From assembly GCF_009914755.1 (NCBI RefSeq), contig NC_060933.1: a DNA stretch of 64,000 nt; one strand, 5' to 3'. The DNA comes from the human T2T-CHM13v2.0 reference genome, Homo sapiens. Under the pieces are notes generated by a model. The model did not search any database, had not been told where the DNA came from, and saw only the letters and a program-made list of their open reading frames with translations. Below, piece after piece: positions 54,401 to 64,000 of the stretch. Numbering within the stretch: position 1 is the stretch's first letter; each line of letters starts with the position of its first letter. The translations under genes were made by a program, and so were the position numbers.

Positions 54401-57400
54401 ATGGAATGGAATGGAATGGAATGGAATGGAATGGAATGGAAAAATCCCGAATGGAATGGAATGTAATGGAGTGTAAGGGAATTGAATAGAATCAGTCCGA
54501 ATGTAATGGAATGGAATGGAATGAAATGAAATGGAATGGAATGGAATGGAATCAAACCGAGTGCAATGGAATGGATTCGAATGGAATGAAATGGAATGCA
54601 AAGTATTAGAATGGAATCAACCCGAGTGGAATGGAATGGAAAGGACTGGAATGGATTGGAATGGAATGGAATGGAATGGAATGGAATCAACTCCATTGTA
54701 ATGGAATGGAATGGAATGGAATGGAATGGAATGGAATGCAATGGAATGGAATCAACCCGAGTGCAATCGAATGGAATCGAATGGAATGGAATGCAATGGA
54801 ATGGATTCAACTTGAATGGAATGGAAAGAATGGAATCAACACGAGTGGAATGGCATGGATTGGAATAGAATGGAATGGAATCAACCCGAGTACAGGGGAA
54901 TGGAATGGAATGGAATGCAATGGAATGGAATCATCCGTAATGGAATGGAAAGGAATGGAATGGAATGGAATGGAATGGAATGGAATGGAATGGAATGGAA
55001 TGGTATGGAATGGAATGGAATGGAATGGAATCAACGCGAGTGCAGGGGAATGTAATGGAACGGAATGCAATGGAATGGAATCATCCGGAATGGAATGGAA
55101 TGGAATGGAATGGAATGGAATCAACCCGAGTGCAATGGAATGCAGTGGAATGGAATGGAATGGAATGGAACAACCCGAATGGAATGGAATGTAATGGAGA
55201 GTAACGGAGTTGAATAGAATCAATCCGAATGTAACGGAATGGAATGGAACGGAATGGGATGGAACGGAATGCAATGGAATGGAATCAACCAGAGTACAAT
55301 GGAATGGAATGGAATGGAATGGAATGTAATGGAATGGAATGGAATGGAGTGGAATTGCATGGAATGGAATGGCTTCAAACCGAATGGAATGGAAAAGAAT
55401 GGAATCAACACGAGTGAAATGGAATGGAATGGAATGGAATGGAATGCTGTGGAATGGAATGGAATGGTACGGAATAGAATGGAATGGAACGAATTGGAAT
55501 GGAATGGAATCGAATGGAATGGAATGGAATGGAATGGAATCAACGCGATTGCAGGGGAATGTAATAGAACGGAATGCAATGGAATGGAATCATCCGGAAT
55601 GGAATGGAATGGAATGGAATGGAATGGAATGCAATGGAATGGAATCAACCCGAGTGCAATGGAATGGAGTGGAATGGAATGGAATGGAATGGAAGAACCC
55701 GAATGGAATGGAATGTAATGGAGAGTAAGGGAGTTAAAAAGAATCAATCCGAATGTAATGGAATGGAATGGAACGGAATGGAATGGAACGGAATGGAATG
55801 GAATGGAATGGAATGGAATCAACCCGAGTACAGGGGAATGGAATGGAATGGAATGCAATGGAATGGAATCATCCGTAATGGAATGGAAAGGAATGGAATG
55901 GAATGGAATGGAATGGAATGGAATGGAATGGAATGGAATCAACTCGATTGCAATCGAATGGAATGGAATGGAATTAACCCGAATAGAATGGAATGGAATG
56001 GAATGGAATGGAACGGAACGGAATGGAATGGAATGTAATGGAATGGAATGGAATCAACGCGAGTGCAGGGGAATGGAATGGAATGGAATGCAATGGGATG
56101 GAAACTTCCGGAATGGAATGGAATGGAATGGAATGGAATGGAATCAACCCGAGTACAGGGGAATGGAATGGAATGGAATGCAATGGAATGGAAACATCCG
56201 TAATGGAATGGAAAGGAATGGAATGGAATGGAATGGAATGGAATGGAATGGAATGGAATGGAATCAACTCGATTGCAATCGAATGGAATGGAATGGAATT
56301 AACCCGAATAGAATGGAATGGAATGGAATGGAACGGAGCGGAACGGAACGGAATGGCATGGAATGGAATGGAAAGGAATTGAATGGAATGGAATGAACGC
56401 GAGTGCAGGGGAATGGAATGGAATGGAATGCAATGGAATGGAATCTTCTGGAATGGAATGGAATGGAATGCAATGGAATGGAATGGAATAAACCCGAGTG
56501 CAATGGAATGGAGTGGAATGGAATGGAATGGAATGGAACAACCCGAATGGAATGGAATGTAATGGAGAGTAAGGGAGTTGAAAAGAATCAATCCGAATGT
56601 AATGGAATGGAATGGAACGGAATGGAATGGAATGGAATGGAATGGAATGGAATGGAATGGAATGCAATGGAATGGAATCAACCCGAGTACAACGGAATGG
56701 AATGGAATGGAATGGAATGGAATGGAATGGAATGGAATGGAATGGAATGCAATGGAATGGAATCTTCCGGAATGGAATGGAATGGAATGGAATGGAATGG
56801 AATGGAATGGAATAAACCCGAGTGCAATGGAATGGAGTGGAATGGAATGGAATGGAATGGAACAACCCGAATGGAATGGAATGTAATGGAGAGTAGGGGA
56901 GTTGAATAGAATCAATCCGAATGTAATGGAATGGAATGGAACGGAATGGAATTGAATGGAATGGAATGGAATGCAATGGAATGGAATCAACCCGAGTGCA
57001 ATGGAATGGAGAGGAATGGAATGGAATGGAATGGAAACTACCCGAATGGAATGGAATGTAATGGAGTGTAAGGGAATTGAATAGAATCAATCCGACTGTA
57101 ATGGAATGGAATGGAACGGAATGGAATGGAATGGAATGCAGTGGAATGGAATGGAATGCAATGGAATGGAATCAACCCGAGTGCAATCGAATGGAATCGA
57201 ATGGAATGGAATGCAATGGAATGGATTCATCTTGAATGGAATGGAAAGAATGGAATCAACACGAGTGGAATGGCATGGATTGGAATGCAATGGAGTGGAA
57301 TCAACCCGAGTACAGGGGAATCGAATGGAATGGAATGCAATGGAATGGAACCATCCGTAGTGGAATGGAAAGGAATGGAATGGAATGGAATGGAATGGAA

Positions 57401-59892
57401 TGGAATGGAATCAACACGATTGCAATAGAATGGAATGGAATGGAATTAACCCGAAAAGAATGGAATGGAATGGAATGGAACGGAACGGAATGGAATGGAA
57501 TGGAACGGAATGGAATGGAATTGAATGGAATGGAATGGAATGGAATCAACGCGAGTGCAGGGGAATGGAAGGTAGTGGAATGCAATGGAATGGAATCTTC
57601 CGGAATGGAATGGAGTGGAATGGAATGGAATCAACCCGAGTGCAATGGAATGGAGTGGAATGGAATGGAATGGAATGGAACAACCAGAATGGAATCGAAT
57701 GTAATGGAGAGTAAGGGAGTTGAATAGAATCAATCCGAATGTAATGGAATGGAATGGAAAGGAATGGAATTGAATGGAATGGAATGGAATGCAATGGAAT
57801 GGAATCAACCCGAGTGCAATGGAATGGAGAGGAATGGAATGGAATGGAGTGGAAACTACCCGAATGGAATGGAATGTAATGGAGTGTAAGGGAATTGAAT
57901 AGAATCAATCCGAATATAATGGAAAGGAATGGAACGGAATGGAATGGAATGGAATGGAATGGAATGGAATGGAATGCAATGGAAAGAAATCAACCCGAGT
58001 GCAATCGAATGGAATCGAATGGAATGGAATGCAATGGAATGAAATCAACTCGATTGCAATCGAATGGAATGGAATGGAATTAACCCGAATAGAATGGAAT
58101 GGAATGGAATGGAAAGGAACGGAACAGAACGGAATGGAATGGAATGTAATGGAATGGAATGGAATGGAATGGAATCAACCCGACTGAAGGGGAATGGAAT
58201 GGAATGGAATGCAATGGAATGAATTCAACTTGAATGGAATGGAAAGAATGGAATCAACACGAGTGGAATGGCATGGATTGCAATGGAATGGAATGGAATC
58301 AACCCGAGTACAGGGGAATGGAATGGAATGGAATGCAATGGAATGGAATCATCCGTAATGGAATGGAAAGGAATGGAATGGAATGGAATGGAATGGAATG
58401 GAATGGAATGGAATGGAATCAACTCGATTTCAATGGAATGGAATGGAATGGAATTAACCCGAATAGAATGGAATGGAACGGAATGGAACGCAATGGAATG
58501 GAATCATCCGGAACGGAACGGAATGGAATGGAATGGAATCAACTCGATTGCAATGGAATGGAATGGAATGGAATGGAATGGAATGGAGTGGATTCAACCC
58601 GAGTGAAGGGGAATGGAATGGAATTGAATGCAATGGAATGGAATCATCCGGAATGGAATGGAATGGAATGGAATGGAATGAACCCGATGCAATGGAATGG
58701 AATGGAATGGAATGGAATGGAATGGAATGGAATGGAAAAATCCCGAATGGAATGGAATGTAATGGAGTGTAAGGGAATTGAATAGAATCAGTCCGAATGT
58801 AATGGAATGGAATGGAATGAAATGGAATGGAATGGAATAGAATGGAATCAACCCGAGTGGAATGGAATGCAAAGGACTGGAATGCACTGGAATGGAATGG
58901 AATGGAATGGAATCAAATCGATTGCAATGGAATGGAATGGAATGGAATCAACTCGATTACAATGGAATGGAATGGAATGGAATGGAATGGAATTAACCCG
59001 AATAGAATGGAATGGAATGGAATGGAACGGAATGTAATGGAATGAAATGGAATGGAATCAACCCGAGTGCAGGGGAATGGAATGGAATGGAATGCAATGG
59101 AATGGAATCATCCGGAATGGAATTGAATGGAATGGAATGGAATGGAATGGAATGGAATGGAATGGAATGGAATCAACTCGATTGCAATGGAATGGAATGG
59201 AATGGAAGGGAATGGAAGGGAATGGAGTGGAATGTAATCAACCCGAGTGCAGGGGAATGGAATGGAATGGAATGCAATGGAATGGAATCATCCGGAATGG
59301 AATGGAATGGAATGGAATGCAATCAACCCAATGCAATGGAATGGAGTGGAATGGAATGGAAAGGAATGGAAACATCCCGAATGGAACGGAATGGAATGGA
59401 GTGTAAGGGAATTGAATAGAATCAATCCGAATTTAATGGAATGCAATGGAATGAAATGGAATGGAATGGAATGGAATGGAATCAACCCGAGTGCAATGGA
59501 ATGGATACGAATGGAATGGAATGGAATGGATTCAACAAGAATGGAAGGGAAAGGAATGGAATCAACCCGAGTGTAATGGCATGGAATGGAATGGAATGGA
59601 ATGGAATGGGATGGAATGGAATGGTACGGAATAGAATGGAATGGAATGAAATGGAATGGAATGGAATGGAATGGAATGGAATGGAATGGAATGAACCCGT
59701 GTGCAATGTAATGGAATGGAATGGAATGGAATGGATTCAACTCGAATGGAATCAACTCGATTGCAATGGAATGGAATGGAATGGAAAGGAATAGAATGGA
59801 ATCAACCCGAGTGGAATGGAATGGAAAGGAGTGGAATGGAGTGGAATGGAATGGAATGGAATTAACCCGAATAGAATGGAATGGAATGGAAT

Positions 59893-59937
59893 GGAACGGA
59901 ACGGAACGGAACGGAACGGAACGGAACGGAACGGAAC
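59893..59937 (+). repeat. (GGAAC)9 variant-pentamer run, duplicate copy
   Basis: Same run at offset 8456 in the second copy of the 8.46 kb unit. Confidence 0.9.
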
Positions 59938-62900
59938 GGAATGGAATGGAATGGAATGGAATGGAATGGAATGGAATGGAATTAACACGAATAGAATGGA
60001 ATGGAATTGAATTGAATGGAATGGAATGGAACAGAAAGGAATGGAATGGAATGGAATGGAATCAACCCAAGTGCAGGGGAATGGAATGGAATCATCCGGA
60101 ATGGAATGGAATGGAATGGAATGGAATGGAATGGAATGGAATGGAATCAACCCGAGTGCAATGGAATGGAGAGGAATGGAATGGAATGGAATGGAAACTA
60201 CCCGAATGCAATGTAATGTAATGGAGTGTAAGGGAATTGAATAGAATGCATCCGAATGGAATGGAATGGAATGGAAAGGAATGGAATGGAATGGAATGGA
60301 ATGGAATGGAATGCAATGCCATGGAATCAACACGAGTGCAATCGAATGGAATCGAATGGAATGGAATGCAATGGAATAGATTCATCTTGAATGGAATGGA
60401 AATAATGGAATCAACACGAGTGGAATGGCATGGATTGGAATGGAATGGAATGGAATCAACCCGAGTACAGGGGAATGGAATGGAATGGAATGAAACGGAA
60501 TGGAATCATCCGTAATGTAATGGAAAGGAATGGAATGGAATGGAATGGAATGGAATGGAATCAACTCGATTGCAATCGAATGGAGTGGAATGGAATAAAC
60601 ACGAATAGAATGGAATGGAATGGAATGGAATGGAACGGAACGGAATGGAATGGAATGGAATGGAATGGAATGGATCGGAACAGAACGGAACGGAATGGAA
60701 TGGAATGGAATGGAATGGAATCAACCCGAGTACAGGGGAATGGAATGGAATGGAATGCAATGGAACGGAATCATCCGTAATGGAATGGAAAGGAATGGAA
60801 TGGAATGGAATGGAATGGAATGGAATTAACTCGATTGCAATCGAATGGAATGGAATGGAATTAACCCGAATAGAATGGAATGGAATGGAACGGAATGGAA
60901 CGGAACGGAATGGAAAGGAATGGAATGGAACGGAATGGAACGGAATGCAATGCAATGGAATGGAATGGAATGGAATCAACGCGAGTGCAGGGGAATGGAA
61001 TGGAATGGATTGCAATGGAATGGAATCTTCCGGAATGGAATGGAATGGAATGGAATGCAATGGATTCAACTCGATTGCAATGGAATGGAATAGAATAGAA
61101 TGGAATGGAATGGAATGGAATTAACCCGAATAGAATGGAATGGAATGGAATGGAATGGAACGGAATGGAACGGAATGGAATGGAATGGAATGGAATGGAA
61201 TGGAATGGTATGGAATGGAATGGAATCGAATGGTACGGAATAGAATGGAATGGAACGAATTGGAATGGAATGGAATCGAATGGAATCGAATGGAATGGAA
61301 TGGAATCAACCCGAATGCAGGGGAATGTAATCGAACGGAATGCAATGGAATGGAATCATCCGGAATGGAATGGAATGGAATGGAATGGAATGGAATCAAC
61401 CCGAGTGCAATGGAATGGAGTGGAATGGAATGGAATGGAATGGAACAACCCGAATGGAATGGAATGTAATGGAGAGTAAGGGAGTTGAATAGAATCAATC
61501 CGAATGTAATGGAATGGAATCGAACGGAATGGAATTGAATGGAATGGAATGGAATGGAATGCAATGGAATGGAATCAACCCGAGTACAATGGAATGGAAT
61601 GGAATGGAATGGAATCAACCCGAGTGCAATGGAATAGAGAGGAATGGAATGGAAAGGAATGGAAACTAACCGAATCGAATGGAATGTAATGGAGTGTAAG
61701 GGAATTGAATAGAATCAATCCGAATGGAATGGAATGGAATGGAACGGAATGTAATGCAATGGAATGGAATGGAATCAACCCGAGTGCAGGGTAATGGAAT
61801 GGAATGGAATGCAATGGAATGGAATCATCCGGAATGGAATGGATTGGAATGGAATGGAATTAACCCGAGTGCAAAGGAATGGAGTGAAATGGAATGGAAT
61901 GGAAGGGAAACAACCAGAATGGATTGGAATATAATGGAGTGTAAGGGAATTGAATAGAATCAATCTGAATGTAATGAAATGGAATGGAACGGAATGGAAT
62001 TGAGTGGAATGGAAAGGAATGCAATGGAATGGAATCAACCCGAGTGCAATCGAATGGAATCGAATGGAATGGAATGCAATGGAATGGATGCAACTTGAAT
62101 GGAATGGAAAGAATGGGATCAACACGATTGGAATGGCATGGATTGGAATGGAATGGAATGGAATCAACCCGAGTACAGGGGAATGGAATGGAATGGAATG
62201 CAATGGAATGGAATCATCCGTAATGGAATGGAAAGGAATGGAATGGAATGGAATGGAATGGAATGGAATGGAATGGAATGGAATCAACTCGATTGCAATC
62301 GAATGGAATGGAATGGAATTAACCCGAATAGAATGGAATGGAATGGAATGGAATGGAACGGAACGTAATGGAATGGAATGGAATCAACGCGAGTGCAGGG
62401 GAATGGAATGGAATGGAATGCAATGGGATGGAAACTTCCGGAATGGAATGGAATGGAATGGAATGGAATGGAATCAACCCGAGTACAGGGGAATGGAATG
62501 GAATGGAATGCAATGGAATGGAAACATCCGTAATGGAATGGAAAGGAATGGAATGGAATGGAATGGAATGGAATGGAATGGAATGGAATGGAATCAACTC
62601 GATTGCAATCGAACGGAATGGAATGGAATGGAATGGAATGGAATCAACTCGATTGCAATGGAATGGAATGGAATGGAATGGAATGGAATAGAATTAACCC
62701 GAATAGAATTGAATGGAATGGAATGGAAAGGAATGGAAGGAAATGGAATGGAATGTAATCAACCCAAGTGCAGGGGAATGGAATGGAATTGAATGCAATG
62801 GAATGGAATCATCCGGAATGGAATGGAATGGAATGGAATGGAATGAACCCGATGCAATGGAATGGAATGGAATGGAATGGAATGGAATGGAATGGAATGG

Positions 62901-64000
62901 AAAAATCCCGAATGGAATGGAATGTAATGGAGTGTAAGGGAATTGAATAGAATCAGTCCGAATGTAATGGAATGGAATGGAATGAAATGAAATGGAATGG
63001 AATGGAATGGAATCAAACCGAGTGCAATGGAATGGATTCGAATGGAATGAAATGGAATGGAAAGTATTAGAATGGAATCAACCCGAGTGGAATGGAATGG
63101 AAAGGACTGGAATGGATTGGAATGGAATGGAATGGAATGGAATGGAATCAACTCCATTGTAATGGAATGGAATGGAATGGAATGGAATGGAATGGAATGC
63201 AATGGAATGGAATCAACCCGAGTGCAATCGAATGGAATCGAATGGAATGGAATGCAATGGAATGGATTCAACTTGAATGGAATGGAAAGAATGGAATCAA
63301 CACGAGTGGAATGGCATGGATTGGAATAGAATGGAATGGAATCAACCCGAGTACAGGGGAATGGAATGGAATGGAATGCAATGGAATGGAATCATCCGTA
63401 ATGGAATGGAAAGGAATGGAATGGAATGGAATGGAATGGAATGGAATGGAATGGAATGGAATGGTATGGAATGGAATGGAATGGAATGGAATCAACGCGA
63501 GTGCAGGGGAATGTAATGGAACGGAATGCAATGGAATGGAATCATCCGGAATGGAATGGAATGGAATGGAATGGAATGGAATGGAATCAACCCGAGTGCA
63601 ATGGAATGCAGTGGAATGGAATGGAATGGAATGGAACAACCCGAATGGAATGGAATGTAATGGAGAGTAACGGAGTTGAATAGAATCAATCCGAATGTAA
63701 CGGAATGGAATGGAACGGAATGGGATGGAACGGAATGCAATGGAATGGAATCAACCAGAGTACAATGGAATGGAATGGAATGGAATGGAATGTAATGGAA
63801 TGGAATGGAATGGAGTGGAATTGCATGGAATGGAATGGCTTCAAACCGAATGGAATGGAAAAGAATGGAATCAACACGAGTGAAATGGAATGGAATGGAA
63901 TGGAATGGAATGCTGTGGAATGGAATGGAATGGTACGGAATAGAATGGAATGGAACGAATTGGAATGGAATGGAATGGAATGGAATGGAATGGAATGGAA

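Larger units (their letters stand above)
32033..64000 (+). repeat. Satellite III (HSat3) array, right block: (GAATG)n on +
   Basis: Same pentamer and same module vocabulary (CAACCCGAGT, CAACGCGAGTGCAGGG, GGAGAGTAAGGGAGTTGAATAG) in the opposite orientation. The block runs off the right edge of the window. Confidence 0.97.
47813..64000. repeat. Recent tandem duplication with ~8.46 kb unit (~47813-56268; second copy from ~56269, truncated by window end)
   Basis: Dozens of identical ORF pairs at offsets 8456-8461 (48626/57087, 50351/58807, 52644/61105, 54816/63277). Only a handful of substitutions and +/-5 bp indels were seen. Confidence 0.95.

Noticed and set aside
1-64000. Hundreds of ORFs encoding MEWNG or IPFHS repeats, up to 390 aa
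   Set aside because: A pure GGAAT/ATTCC repeat has no stop codon in any frame and supplies ATG every 5 bp, so such ORFs are expected artefacts. They show no domain, splice structure or coding signal.
1-64000. CRISPR-like repeat/spacer appearance
   Set aside because: The intervening modules are a small reused vocabulary derived from the pentamer rather than unique spacers. Tract lengths vary, and there are no cas genes or leader.
1-64000. One perfect 64 kb palindrome centred on the junction, or a fold-back read artefact
   Set aside because: Perfect symmetry ends after 45 bp, the ~2 kb mirror is diverged and off-centre, and distant inverted matches have inconsistent axes.
1-64000. Assignment to chr9q12 or a named HSat3 subfamily
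   Set aside because: The CAACCCGAGT spacer and the inversion are compatible with this, but assignment needs k-mer classification or alignment that cannot be run here.

Overview
The whole window is primate/human-type Satellite III (HSat3): (CATTC/GAATG)n pentamers punctuated by a small vocabulary of variant modules such as CAACCCGAGT, CAACTCGATTGCAATCGA and GAATCTTCCGGAAT. There is no unique sequence, transposon or credible gene; all listed ORFs are repeat translations. The main structure is a single clean strand switch at 32032/32033, with CATTC on + to the left and GAATG on + to the right. A perfect 45-bp inverted repeat with a 14-nt loop straddles the switch, and each arm appears to carry a variant typical of the other side. 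An older ~2 kb mirror image surrounds it, with an axis near 32.55 kb and a ~1 kb unpaired spacer. The array has no single fixed higher-order repeat. It is a patchwork of recent tandem duplications (~2.49, ~1.88 and ~8.46 kb) and older dispersed direct and inverted copies. One recurrent module is a perfect trimeric heat-shock element (nTTCnnGAAnnTTCn), with more than 40 copies by manual count. Species, chromosome and HSat3 subfamily cannot be fixed from the sequence alone. All counts and boundaries were read by eye and are approximate.
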